DNA of 64,000 nt from the IMG/VR virus record IMGVR_UViG_3300035208_007487. One strand, given 5' to 3'. The DNA comes from a virus (taxonomy: Duplodnaviria; Caudoviricetes). Both the position numbers and the translations under genes were made by a program. Of the stretch, positions 1 through 10,242 are shown piece by piece. Numbering within the stretch: the stretch's first letter is position 1; the number at the start of each line of letters is the position of its first letter. The notes beneath the pieces were generated by a model. The model saw only the letters and a program-made list of their open reading frames with translations. It searched no databases and was not told the origin of the DNA.

Positions 1-530
1 CCACAGGTAGCACTTGGACAGCAATCGGATACGGTACTGGACGGAATAACACCACAGGCAGCTCTTGGACAGCAATCGGATACAGTGCTGGACTGTACCA
101 GTTAGGATCTAACTGGTTTGCAATTGACGGGTATGGTGATCGTGTCTCTGCTGCAAATGAGCTAGCTAATACTCCCATCATCGGTACATTAGCTTCAACC
201 GCTGCTGCACAGACGTTATCACTCAATGCAGTGACTACAGTCTATTCCGTAAATGAGCAAAACACTACATTAAGCACCAGTCAAACCCTGGCAGCCAACT
301 GTACTGGCAATCAGGTTATTGGTGCGAGCAGTCTGTCAATCGCGCTGCCGACCGCTCCGTTTGCGGGTGAAGAGATCACTTTCCTTCAGCATGGATACGC
401 ATTCACGTTGACCGCTGCGTCTGCCATCATCTACTATGGATCAGCTACTGCTGTTGCATCCGCAAGCATCCCCGCAGCAAACGCAATCACCAGAGCGATC
501 TATGATGGATCCGCCTGGAATGTGAGGTAA
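1..530 (+). CDS. Tail fibre/adhesin protein, C-terminal part (5' end lies before the window)
   Basis: Frame is open from position 3 to the TAA at 528-530. Starts with tandem TGSxWTAIGYxxG repeats resembling YadA-like head repeats of phage fibres. The ORF-track start at 231 is internal. Confidence 0.7.
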   Translation, partial: TGSTWTAIGYGTGRNNTTGSSWTAIGYSAGLYQLGSNWFAIDGYGDRVSAANELANTPIIGTLASTAAAQTLSLNAVTTVYSVNEQNTTLSTSQTLAANCTGNQVIGASSLSIALPTAPFAGEEITFLQHGYAFTLTAASAIIYYGSATAVASASIPAANAITRAIYDGSAWNVR

Positions 531-533
531 CAA

Positions 534-761
534 ATGAACTTAGAACTTTACACAGCATATGACCGGATTGCCATGGTGGGTGAATTTGGAGACGCCATTG
601 CTCAATTGGATGCGATCACGCCTGTCTCTGGGGCTACTGAGGGTAGTCGAGAATTTCGGGCGTCTCTGATATCAGGCAGTTACACGTTGGTGGCTCTTTA
701 CTATGGTACTGATCAACCAACCGCAGGATCTCCGGACCACTACGTGCTGGAGCCGGTATAA
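534..761 (+). CDS. Hypothetical protein (tail-fibre associated)
   Basis: 75-aa ORF directly after the fibre gene, same GC-richer composition. Confidence 0.55.
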   Translation: MNLELYTAYDRIAMVGEFGDAIAQLDAITPVSGATEGSREFRASLISGSYTLVALYYGTDQPTAGSPDHYVLEPV

Positions 762-781
762 TTGTTATAATATAATTAGCT

Positions 782-961
782 ATGATTCAAAACATATATA
801 ATAAATTATTGCCGAATGGTATATTTTATGATCAACCTGACCATACAAAAAGTAGAAATATTGCATTAGGTGAAATGCCACTAGATTACAAAGACTACCA
901 AAAAATATTAGAAAATAGCTATCCAAAATACACATTAACAAAGGAGCATTCAAATGAATAA
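782..961 (+). CDS. Small hypothetical protein (59 aa, MIQNIYNKLLPNG...)
   Basis: ORF read by hand, not in the track; preceded by TATAAT and overlapping the next start. Confidence 0.5.
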   Translation: MIQNIYNKLLPNGIFYDQPDHTKSRNIALGEMPLDYKDYQKILENSYPKYTLTKEHSNE

Positions 962-1337
962 TTTAGAAATAATTACTATATTCGATGTGCTGAACAATTC
1001 GGAGCCAGAATTAGTCAATATAAAAAGCGCATATTGGATAAGTATGAATATTAAATTAATAACTCCGTACATACTAGCCTTCAATAAATTAAGAGATTCC
1101 TTATTATCTACCTTAGAGTATAAAGAATATGAAAACGAAATAAAATCTTCTGTGGATGAATGCTCCAAAAAAGAAATTAACGAAAAATATTCAAACATGC
1201 TGAATAATCATGATACCATAATGAATAAATACCTATCCAAAAAGGTTAATCCACCAGCATGGTATAAAATTTCAATTAATGATATTGCGGGCATAAAGCC
1301 CGGAGATATTCCGAAATTATTGGAATTAATTATTTAA
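954..1337 (+). CDS. Hypothetical protein
   Basis: 127-aa ORF with AAGGAG upstream. Confidence 0.6.
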   Translation: MNNLEIITIFDVLNNSEPELVNIKSAYWISMNIKLITPYILAFNKLRDSLLSTLEYKEYENEIKSSVDECSKKEINEKYSNMLNNHDTIMNKYLSKKVNPPAWYKISINDIAGIKPGDIPKLLELII

Positions 1338-1596
1338 TAATATTCACAATACGCAAACAGTACAGTGTCATTGATCTCATATGCCAGATTTATTAAAACC
1401 TCATAATATTTTTTGTAATATCAAATACTACATATTTTCCAATTTAATTATATAATAGTATATTATAATAGATTTCATTTTAATCCTTACTAACTTTAAC
1501 CAATCATCCTAATTGAAATTATCGTTCTAATATCAAATATACAATACTAATGAAACCTAGATGAATAGCTAGTAAAAATGATTTAGGCAAAAAATA

Positions 1597-1604
1597 TATA
1601 AATA
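1597..1604 (+). promoter_or_regulatory. T4-type late promoter TATAAATA
   Basis: Exact T4 late consensus 6 nt before ATG 1611; a gp55 homologue is encoded in the window. Confidence 0.7.
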
Positions 1605-1610
1605 AATATC

Positions 1611-3134
1611 ATGAGTAGTATTATAGCAACATACGCAACAGGCCAAGCCCTTTTAGAAGGTTTACATTCTTTCTTAATGCTAGGCCATACACTTGCGCCA
1701 GTTTACACCTCAGCTAACTCGCTGACTACATTTACCCCTGGAACTGGATGGACAGGCAACAACACCACAGGCTATGTTCATGCAACTGGAAATACTGCTG
1801 CACTCACTGAGTCAACGGCTTTACTAGTTGGAAGAACATACACACTCACTATCAATGTGACTGCTTATACATCAGGATCTATTGGCTACTCAGCGGGTGG
1901 CTTCTCTTCGAGCACAATAACTTCAACATATACTCGAACATTTGTAGCTACCACTACAACAGCTTTGGCTATTACTCCGACATCTGATTTCGTAGGTACG
2001 ATCACAACCAGCTTGATCGTAACACCTGTAAGTGACTGCTACATTGACGATGCGGTAGGGACTGCCTCTAGTGTATATGAGCTATTCACAATTACTTTTA
2101 CAAGTGCTACAGCATTTACAGTAGTTGGATCTGTTAATGGCTCGCTGGGAACTGGAGCGGTTGGAACCACGTTCACTTCAACCTACGTGAATTTTACAAT
2201 TGTAGCTGGAAGCACAGCAAATGTTGTAGGTGATGTTATTCAACTACAAATGACTGCACCTTGGACTGCTTTGGTACACTCACAAGCTGCTCAATATACT
2301 TGGCAAACTCCTGGTAATGACAATAATGGGGGTGCCACTGTTGGGCTGTTATGTTCTTCAAATATCACAACGAACTACTTTGATGCTCAAGTTGTTATGT
2401 ATCCAGTATGGCAACCAGCGCTTGCTGAAGCATCACAATGGAAACGATATGCTGGAGCTTACTGGACATTAGGACCAGCGACAGGTCAAGCATGTACGCT
2501 GTATGCTGTAGCTGACGGTAGATTCTGTTACGCTTGTTGTTTGGTTGGTTCTACGTATTCATCTGCTTGCTTTGGATGGATGGATGCGACCAATACAATT
2601 GACCAACATCCGCAACCTCTATTGATTGGTGGAAACGCACTTACTGCTGTACCCTGGTCAGATTCTTCTAGTAGATCTCCAATTGCGCTAAACTTTGGTG
2701 CTGGTTGGCGTGAAACTAACTACCGTGATTCAGGTGTAATCAATTCAAACTTAATAACATATATGCCAAACGGCAGGATAGCTGGATTACAGCTAGCAAG
2801 TGGATACAGTTATGAAACTCAATGTGACAGCATATCCATAACGGATGGAAGACTGGGTGCTCGTCTTCAAACAAACTTGGATGACACTATACCTTTATTT
2901 ACTATCAAAATACAAACCGCAACTAGTTATGCAAATCCAAATAATCAACCTGTTTCGGCGGGGGTACTGGGAATAATCCCGTTTGTTAAAGTAATGCCAT
3001 GTAATAAGGCAGATGGGTCTCTAATAGGAGGTGGTGTTATATTTAGAAACATTATGAACAGACGAAAGTATATAACCCTTCAAAATGGATATATTACTGA
3101 TGTTTCAAATACCTATGCTCTGGAGCTTGCATAA
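1611..3134 (+). CDS. Virion structural/tail protein
   Basis: 507 aa, Thr/Ser/Gly-rich and beta-rich; late promoter; shares a module with 5304..8441. Confidence 0.65.
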   Translation: MSSIIATYATGQALLEGLHSFLMLGHTLAPVYTSANSLTTFTPGTGWTGNNTTGYVHATGNTAALTESTALLVGRTYTLTINVTAYTSGSIGYSAGGFSSSTITSTYTRTFVATTTTALAITPTSDFVGTITTSLIVTPVSDCYIDDAVGTASSVYELFTITFTSATAFTVVGSVNGSLGTGAVGTTFTSTYVNFTIVAGSTANVVGDVIQLQMTAPWTALVHSQAAQYTWQTPGNDNNGGATVGLLCSSNITTNYFDAQVVMYPVWQPALAEASQWKRYAGAYWTLGPATGQACTLYAVADGRFCYACCLVGSTYSSACFGWMDATNTIDQHPQPLLIGGNALTAVPWSDSSSRSPIALNFGAGWRETNYRDSGVINSNLITYMPNGRIAGLQLASGYSYETQCDSISITDGRLGARLQTNLDDTIPLFTIKIQTATSYANPNNQPVSAGVLGIIPFVKVMPCNKADGSLIGGGVIFRNIMNRRKYITLQNGYITDVSNTYALELA

Positions 3135-4180
3135 TGCCTACACCTAAATACCTATTCACCACATATACATCAGCACAGGATGCACTAAACAGTATAGATA
3201 CATGGCTAGTGAATACTATGGGGTACACTAGAAACCTAGCACCAACTGCTGATACTGTTACATACACTGGGTACAAGGCGCACTATCAGTTTACATTTAT
3301 TACAGGTGAAGTAATTTACCTCAACTTCCATACTGATACAGTAAACTCTAAATTGTATTTAACTACATCAAGAGCATATTCATCTTCATTAGAGTGGAAT
3401 GTGCAATCCGGAACTCCTAAAGTACAATCAGGGGCTGTTATTTATGGAACCATAGTCATACCAACTACAACAACAAATAATAGTTTGTATTTATTTGGGG
3501 ACGCATCTGGTAATTGTCAAGTATTTGTTCAACGTGGAAATAATATAAGTGCTTCTGATTTGATGCAATGGGGTGTGCTTAATAAGTCAGGATTTGGGGT
3601 ATGGACCGGTGGGTGCTATTTTGATTCCTGGTTACTCCCATCTACAATATTGAGTTCAAGTAATTCAGGGCCGTGTATTATTAATGCAACTAATCAGCAC
3701 AGTCCTTATGGAGCAGTGGATGTTTCGGTTGATGGGCTAACAGATTGGGGTGCTATTTATATACTAGGTGGCCGTGGTCAACAGGAATATGAACCAGATA
3801 ATCCATTAAGAACTACGTCTACTTATTACAGTAGTATTGTAGTTGGGCTCAATTTGACTACAAATACTAATCTACTAGTCTCCGATATGACTGATGGAAG
3901 TACTTATTATTGTCCCAATCAATTATGTAATGTGGTTGAAGACTTTGCATCTGGATATGTTAATAATATGACAGGGAGAATTGTCTTTGGACAAAATACA
4001 ACGATATACGTTAGACATGAAGCAACTCAACGAATATCCCCAATTGGTTGTATACCATTCGGTTATCATTGCCCAATAGCAGGTGCTTATCAGTACGTAG
4101 CCCCTGGAACCCAGCTAGTGCAAGATGACCGCACATTTATCATGATTGGAAATATCGCTGCGGAGATGGTAAGTGTCTAA
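3134..4180 (+). CDS. Virion structural/tail protein
   Basis: 348 aa, coupled to the previous gene by a TAATG overlap; beta-rich. Confidence 0.6.
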   Translation: MPTPKYLFTTYTSAQDALNSIDTWLVNTMGYTRNLAPTADTVTYTGYKAHYQFTFITGEVIYLNFHTDTVNSKLYLTTSRAYSSSLEWNVQSGTPKVQSGAVIYGTIVIPTTTTNNSLYLFGDASGNCQVFVQRGNNISASDLMQWGVLNKSGFGVWTGGCYFDSWLLPSTILSSSNSGPCIINATNQHSPYGAVDVSVDGLTDWGAIYILGGRGQQEYEPDNPLRTTSTYYSSIVVGLNLTTNTNLLVSDMTDGSTYYCPNQLCNVVEDFASGYVNNMTGRIVFGQNTTIYVRHEATQRISPIGCIPFGYHCPIAGAYQYVAPGTQLVQDDRTFIMIGNIAAEMVSV

Positions 4181-5285
4181 TCCCTTAGCGGTAATTGCTC
4201 CTAAGTTTGGCCCACTTAGTTTACAGCTATCTAAGCGTTACTTAGCAGCTTCAGTAACTAATGCCGCCTTTGTTGGATATCTACCGGATGGCCAAAAAGT
4301 AAGTGTATCCGGTGGCGGAGGTGTAATGCCTCTTGGACCGTCTTTTGGAATGAGAGTTTCAGATGGTTCGATACTTCAATTAACACCTCAAAAAGACTTT
4401 GGATCTGGATTACCAAACAATAAATCCATAACTCTTACATATGGGCAACCATCTGAACCAACTCACTACAGATCTGATCCACTTTCTTTAGTAAAATTCA
4501 ATACATTAGGATCTCTGAACTTTACACAAGTCAAACATTCAGATGGTCCATTATCTCTAAGAAATCAAAATCCAAAATATACATACAAAGTATCCGTTCC
4601 GCCTAAAGTACATGATTTTGACATAACAGCTAAAGCATTATTTTCTGATAAATATTCCTCTACTGAAGCATCTTATAGAATATTTGGTGGCAGAAATAGT
4701 GCTCCAACTTGTACCTGGATATTACCGGCAACTAGTGAATGTAGAATAGATGAAACATTAACTCCAACAGTATTATTAATTGATCCAGATGGCGATGATG
4801 TGGCTTGGACAATATATGCCAATGGAGTTTCGATTGCATCTAGTACGGATACTGTATCTGGAAATGAAGTATCTGGAACATATATAGCTTCATCACTAGG
4901 AACTATTGCATTTTCAATTACAATGACCGATACTTTAGGATCTTCTGCAATTGTAGCTGGTCCAACTGTTACTGTTATTAATGATCAATATCCAATTGGA
5001 ATATTTATTACTAAATCTACTCAAGTACACACAGGAAGCAAAGTTCAAATAACATTTAGAATTAGTGATCCGGATGAAGACACTATTAATTATTCGCTTA
5101 GTAATAACGATTCTGTGATTGTTACTGGAACTGCGACTGAAGAAGTAACAATTCAATCAAAATGGACTGCTTCTAGTGGATCTAATCAATTTAAATTAAT
5201 AGTTGGCGATAAATATGGTAATGCGCCTGAAATAGTAGGGCCATTAATAAAAGTTGTTCCTAGAAGAACAATCTCAAATAATTAA
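4173..5285 (+). CDS. Ig-like/PKD-domain virion protein
   Basis: Two Ig-like repeats with DPDGD/DPDED motifs (NSAPT..DPDGDDVAW; DQYP..DPDEDTINY). Confidence 0.65.
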   Translation: MSNPLAVIAPKFGPLSLQLSKRYLAASVTNAAFVGYLPDGQKVSVSGGGGVMPLGPSFGMRVSDGSILQLTPQKDFGSGLPNNKSITLTYGQPSEPTHYRSDPLSLVKFNTLGSLNFTQVKHSDGPLSLRNQNPKYTYKVSVPPKVHDFDITAKALFSDKYSSTEASYRIFGGRNSAPTCTWILPATSECRIDETLTPTVLLIDPDGDDVAWTIYANGVSIASSTDTVSGNEVSGTYIASSLGTIAFSITMTDTLGSSAIVAGPTVTVINDQYPIGIFITKSTQVHTGSKVQITFRISDPDEDTINYSLSNNDSVIVTGTATEEVTIQSKWTASSGSNQFKLIVGDKYGNAPEIVGPLIKVVPRRTISNN

Positions 5286-5289
5286 TACA

Positions 5290-5297
5290 TATAAATA
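5290..5297 (+). promoter_or_regulatory. T4-type late promoter TATAAATA
   Basis: Exact consensus 6 nt before ATG 5304. Confidence 0.7.
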
Positions 5298-5303
5298 TTA
5301 ATC

Positions 5304-8300
5304 ATGAGCTTACCTAAATTGAATCCAGACACTTATTATGGAATTAAAACTGGTCCTATTAAAAATTTACCATACACTTTAGAAAATTTAGATAATAGGT
5401 ATGTATATGATGGAGCGGATTGTAATGGAATTGATATTACTGGAAAGTATCCACATGAATTAATTGTAAAACAATTAACAGGTGTGCAAGCTGGATTAGA
5501 AATAATTGATACTGATTTTGAGTTTAATCCAACTAACAATGAAACAGATTTAATTCCTAGTAATGGTGGTACTGGAATTACACATGGAAGAATATTCATA
5601 AATGGAATTGAAAAAAAATGCTGGGTTGCTCAATCAACATTAGGTGTTATGAATTTTACCATTGATTATTGGAACAATTCTATAGTAGATACTTCATTAA
5701 AACAATCATCCAATTCTCTTTCAATGTGGAAATGGAATTCTATTAAATTTGCATATATTTCTTCATTAAATTCATATGCTTGGATTGCAGGTGCAGGTAG
5801 AAATTCAGCAGGAAATACAAGTGGAGCACACGGAATAGCTGCACCTGAAAAAATAGCATATGCTCTACATAATATTAACACATATAATGAAGATGGAAGT
5901 ATTAAAGTATCTGCTTGGTCTTCTATTTCAACCATTGTAACCGGAGAAGATGGAACACTAATTAGTGGAGTATACACAGGAGGAATGAGTAAATGTGCTA
6001 TAGATGGATCAACAATATGCTATATTGGGGATAGTTCTAATGTTGCTAGAACGACTGATATATTAACTCCTAGTAGTTACACAGGTGTAACTTTTAGTGA
6101 ATTAGGTGATAATAATCATCTAAGCGGTATTGCAAATGATACATATGGAACTTGGGCCTTAATAAGTAGGGATGGTTTTTTATATAAATCAACCAATGAT
6201 GGGGTAACTTGGATACGAATATCTAATTTATCAATTATAGATAAAGATGGTAATAGTCATATTGCCGAAATAACATTAGATCCTAATTTAGGAAGTAGTG
6301 AACGTTCTGGGATATGGGGATCATTAAATTATGCATATGGTATATGGATAGCCACAATAGGGTCAGATCCAGGTAAATCAAGCGGATCTTCTTCAATTAC
6401 TTCTTATGCATATTCAAAAGATTTAATAAATTGGACATACTACTATGATTCATCATTAGCCATATTTACTGCAATTGATTATGATGGAATTAGGTGGTAT
6501 GGCACTGATCCAAGAAGTGGTGACAAATATGTTATAACAGAAAGTACTCAAAAATACAATATAGCTAGTGATGCTCAATCTTTCACTAAATCAGATACAG
6601 GAGCCTATAATTTAAGAATAATTCAAGATAATGCATTTGGAACTTGGATTAAGACTGATATTGGTTTTTCATATAGTTCAGATAATACCTCAAGTTCGGC
6701 TGTTGCTAATAGATATCATATTAATGCTTATACATCTAATTCAAATAACGACAATTCAAACTATGAAAGATTTACATTAAGTGGAGCTTATTATAAAACA
6801 ACTGATGCATCTGGATATACAAATTATGAAGCATATTCTTCAAATAATGTACCAGCTAATGCTAGTGATATATTAACAATAGAGTGTACTCACGCTTATT
6901 ATAAAACAGTACCAGATAATATTACCATATATACTGAAACTAGACCATTACGTGGAGATTATACAAAATATCTGCTAAATCTCACTAGAGACGATACGAA
7001 TGGTACATTTTATATCACTAGAGATGGATATACAACTGATTCTTCAGATTCTTCAATTTATCCATGTTTTGCTACACAAAAATACACAATATCAGAAACC
7101 CAAACAACCTCAACACTATTCTATCAAAAGTCAATTTCCAATTTCTCAACAGAGAATAATCCAACAATATACCAGATATTATTGAAATCTATTCCAGCAC
7201 ATGAACAGTTAAATTGTGAAAATGGGTTTGCAGTATCAGGTGATACTTTTTTCAGCGATTTACCAGATTCTAGATTAATAACTGATGCAAATGGAAAATT
7301 AACAAAAACTACTGAAAATCTAATTGGATATAAAAAAAGAACCTTATATAATTTCACCCCATTATCATTAACCGCAGGTACTGCAACAGATATTTTTAAT
7401 GTTGCAGCAAAATATTTAATAAAAGAAAATTCAACATATGCATATACATTAGGTTCTGAATTACTCACTGTCAATTGGACAGCTAATACAGGGTGGAGTG
7501 GATCATTTGCAACTGGATTTACTCATACATCTGGAACAGGTATATTGTCAGAAGGAACCTCATATACATCTGGATATATATATCAAATATCTTATACTAT
7601 TTCATATAGCGCAACAGCAGCAGGTAGTATTACAATCTATATTGGAGGCCAGACAATTTCTTCAATTTCAGCTACAGGTTCTTCAGTATTACAATTAAGC
7701 GCTTCTTCAAATATTTCAGTACTACCAACAACTGATTTTAATGGTACCTTAACATTATCGGTCAAAAAAATAGCAAAATTAGTATCTGGAAGTGGAACTA
7801 CTTACATTACTGCAACTAAATCAGCATCTGGGTTGTATTATAAAATTCCAAATGGATTCACAATAGATTCAACTGATTCTACAATAGTTGATACTAGTAT
7901 TAAATATTCAATAGTTCCAACTGGAATTTATAAAACAATAACTGGAATTAATACTACATATTCAACATCAGGTACAACTCAATGTTCAATAATTGTAGAA
8001 AATAATTCAGATATTGGTATTTTTTACGCAACTTCAACTGGATATACTACTAATTCAGCACTATCTACAATTGTTGGAATACCTACATTAAATGGAACTA
8101 ATATTATTCCTGCTAACTATATGACATCTCCCCATAAATTCACAATTGAATATGCTGGATATTGCCCAACTGGTTCAATTACCTGGACTTTTAATATGTA
8201 TGTCGGAGATATTTTGTTAAATACTACTCCAATAACTATCACAGGTAATTATTTTAAAAGATTTATAACAATAATACCTGATTACACTAATAGTGCTATA

Positions 8301-8441
8301 TATAGTATTAGAGATTCTTCTTCAGCAATTGCAGTTGATAATGTTAGTTTTGGTGATTTTAATACGGCTAATACAGTAAAATTGGTTATAACACCAACTT
8401 CAACTGCAAAATTATTATATATTGCAGTTGAAATAGATTAA
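5304..8441 (+). CDS. Large tail fibre/receptor-binding protein with BNR/Asp-box motifs
   Basis: 1045 aa, S/T-rich; Asp-boxes STNDGVTW and SKDLINW; late promoter. Confidence 0.7.
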   Translation: MSLPKLNPDTYYGIKTGPIKNLPYTLENLDNRYVYDGADCNGIDITGKYPHELIVKQLTGVQAGLEIIDTDFEFNPTNNETDLIPSNGGTGITHGRIFINGIEKKCWVAQSTLGVMNFTIDYWNNSIVDTSLKQSSNSLSMWKWNSIKFAYISSLNSYAWIAGAGRNSAGNTSGAHGIAAPEKIAYALHNINTYNEDGSIKVSAWSSISTIVTGEDGTLISGVYTGGMSKCAIDGSTICYIGDSSNVARTTDILTPSSYTGVTFSELGDNNHLSGIANDTYGTWALISRDGFLYKSTNDGVTWIRISNLSIIDKDGNSHIAEITLDPNLGSSERSGIWGSLNYAYGIWIATIGSDPGKSSGSSSITSYAYSKDLINWTYYYDSSLAIFTAIDYDGIRWYGTDPRSGDKYVITESTQKYNIASDAQSFTKSDTGAYNLRIIQDNAFGTWIKTDIGFSYSSDNTSSSAVANRYHINAYTSNSNNDNSNYERFTLSGAYYKTTDASGYTNYEAYSSNNVPANASDILTIECTHAYYKTVPDNITIYTETRPLRGDYTKYLLNLTRDDTNGTFYITRDGYTTDSSDSSIYPCFATQKYTISETQTTSTLFYQKSISNFSTENNPTIYQILLKSIPAHEQLNCENGFAVSGDTFFSDLPDSRLITDANGKLTKTTENLIGYKKRTLYNFTPLSLTAGTATDIFNVAAKYLIKENSTYAYTLGSELLTVNWTANTGWSGSFATGFTHTSGTGILSEGTSYTSGYIYQISYTISYSATAAGSITIYIGGQTISSISATGSSVLQLSASSNISVLPTTDFNGTLTLSVKKIAKLVSGSGTTYITATKSASGLYYKIPNGFTIDSTDSTIVDTSIKYSIVPTGIYKTITGINTTYSTSGTTQCSIIVENNSDIGIFYATSTGYTTNSALSTIVGIPTLNGTNIIPANYMTSPHKFTIEYAGYCPTGSITWTFNMYVGDILLNTTPITITGNYFKRFITIIPDYTNSAIYSIRDSSSAIAVDNVSFGDFNTANTVKLVITPTSTAKLLYIAVEID

Positions 8442-8445
8442 TACA

Positions 8446-9081
8446 TTACCTATTTCCTAATATATTATGTGCTTGGTATTTAATAATAATGTGATTTCCT
8501 TCAAGCGCAATCACCTTATAGGTTGATCTATGAATTTTATTATTTTTTAATATACTTGATGCTTCATTTTTATTATGGAAATAAAGATTTAAATTTGAAA
8601 TACTAAAATTAATATTAGTATTTATATTAGTATTAGAAATAAAATCACTACATTTAAGCATGTAAATGTTAATTTGTCCACTCAATACTTCAATATTAAA
8701 TCTAAATGAATTATTTCCTTTTTTAATATTATGAAGAGTTTTATTATTAAAATTCCCAGCACTAACTTGCAATGGAATGCTATCATATGAAGTATCACTA
8801 TTAAAATTAATAATAATGCTATCATATTCATTCAGCTCTATTGCCATCAAACTGTGATACGCACTATACATTGTAGCTATCCATATACCATTATTATCAT
8901 AATAGCCTGAAGATGATAAAGAGTATTCTTCAGTAGAACTAACGGTATCCTTATGAGCTAAATAGGTATGAATCCACCCATTAGCTCCAACTAGATCATC
9001 AGCGTTGGTGAGCGCCTTAGCAGTGGTGGGCAATCCAAATACGATCATAAGAATTGCCATGAATTTGAGTAGCTTTTTCAT
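8446..9081 (-). CDS. Secreted protein with N-terminal signal peptide
   Basis: Start moved to ATG 9081 (AAGGAG SD upstream). MKKLLKFMAILMIVFGLPTTAKA is a Sec signal ending in AxA. Confidence 0.7.
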   Translation of the reverse strand: MKKLLKFMAILMIVFGLPTTAKALTNADDLVGANGWIHTYLAHKDTVSSTEEYSLSSSGYYDNNGIWIATMYSAYHSLMAIELNEYDSIIINFNSDTSYDSIPLQVSAGNFNNKTLHNIKKGNNSFRFNIEVLSGQINIYMLKCSDFISNTNINTNINFSISNLNLYFHNKNEASSILKNNKIHRSTYKVIALEGNHIIIKYQAHNILGNR

Positions 9082-9116
9082 GATTTTCTCCTTAGTTGAG
9101 TGATCCATCTACCTGT

Positions 9117-9144
9117 AATATAAAAAAATTCAACCAATTGTCAA
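9117..9144 (-). promoter_or_regulatory. Sigma70-type (early) promoter TTGACA-N16-TATATT
   Basis: Minus strand reads TTGACA attggttgaatttttt TATATT upstream of 9081. Confidence 0.65.
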
Positions 9145-9262
9145 GTTAATTCATAAAAAGTTAAAAATAATTGTTTAGAGGGGGTAAAAATGCAAGCTAA
9201 CAGACTTACTCCATATTGACATTTGCCAGCCCCTAAACAGTTATAAACCACTCTAGCTTTGA

Positions 9263-9847
9263 TTATTTAAACCAACCATCGAATGATTCTTTAATTGCCC
9301 TTCTAACTTGATTTCTATCATCGGCTGCTTTTATAGCCGCTCCATTTAATCCCAATAATTTATCACCAATCGCTATAATATTTTTATTAGGTGAAATATT
9401 TGGTCTTATTGAATATATTTCATTAATTGCACTTTGAGGATCAGTATAATGACATAATACTAAAAATGCAATAGCTGGAGATCTAGAAAATCCCATCTGG
9501 CAATGAATTATTAAATGTTTTCCTTCATTTATTTTCTTAATAGCAAATGAAATAGCCTCACCTACATTATCTGCATCTGGCGCATCTGGAGTATCAATAG
9601 CTTCTCTATTATCTTCCATAGTAACTATTTTCCAATCGCCATTTTTTACATATTTTTCTATACCATAAAAATTATTTCCAGGTTTATATTCGTAGTCAAA
9701 TACTTCCTGTAAATTTTCTCCAGTTGTATTGTAAAATTTATCTACTTCAGCTTTAGTTAATAATGATAATACTGCATTGGCTCTACCTGATTGGAGGATT
9801 TCCATTACCTTATTGATTGGGCATATTATTAATTTTGGGATTATCAT
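9263..9847 (-). CDS. Protein tyrosine/dual-specificity phosphatase-like protein
   Basis: CX5R motif HCQMGFSRS, followed by an IRP..SPN motif. Confidence 0.8.
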   Translation of the reverse strand: MIIPKLIICPINKVMEILQSGRANAVLSLLTKAEVDKFYNTTGENLQEVFDYEYKPGNNFYGIEKYVKNGDWKIVTMEDNREAIDTPDAPDADNVGEAISFAIKKINEGKHLIIHCQMGFSRSPAIAFLVLCHYTDPQSAINEIYSIRPNISPNKNIIAIGDKLLGLNGAAIKAADDRNQVRRAIKESFDGWFK

Positions 9848-10233
9848 AATTTATTTACTAATTTATTTAGAACTGGCCTTAATTTTGCACAAACTTCTTG
9901 TAAATTTTTATCACTAGTCCAATAAGCAACATTTTTTGAATCCATTAATTCGATGGCTTCCATGAAAGCTTGTTTAGCTTTTCCTTTAGCTACATCTTCA
10001 GCGGTTAAATAACCACCTGCGGTAGTATTTACTGTTTCAAAAAAAGCTTCATATTTTTCAGATGGCTCTTGTGCTTTTATTTGTTCTAGTTCATCTGTGA
10101 TAGTTTTAGGGGTTGTTTTTTCAGAAAAAGAACTAGGTACCGGGGGTATAGTTAAATTACCATTCTCATCTGCAACTCTATTAGTTGCAGAAATTTTATC
10201 TACTGATTCAAAAAAATTATCAAATTGTCCCAT
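9844..10233 (-). CDS. Hypothetical protein, possible prohead-core/internal head protein
   Basis: Repeated FFE/FME motifs resembling T4 prohead protease/capsid-targeting signals; TAAATA upstream. Confidence 0.45.
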   Translation of the reverse strand: MGQFDNFFESVDKISATNRVADENGNLTIPPVPSSFSEKTTPKTITDELEQIKAQEPSEKYEAFFETVNTTAGGYLTAEDVAKGKAKQAFMEAIELMDSKNVAYWTSDKNLQEVCAKLRPVLNKLVNKL

Positions 10234-10242
10234 GCAATATAT

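Noticed and set aside
1338-1596. AT-rich intergenic stretch before the structural operon
   Set aside because: No ORF, repeat or stable structure recognised
1-8441. Diversity-generating retroelement acting on the tail fibres
   Set aside because: No reverse transcriptase in the window and no TR/VR pair differing at adenines was seen
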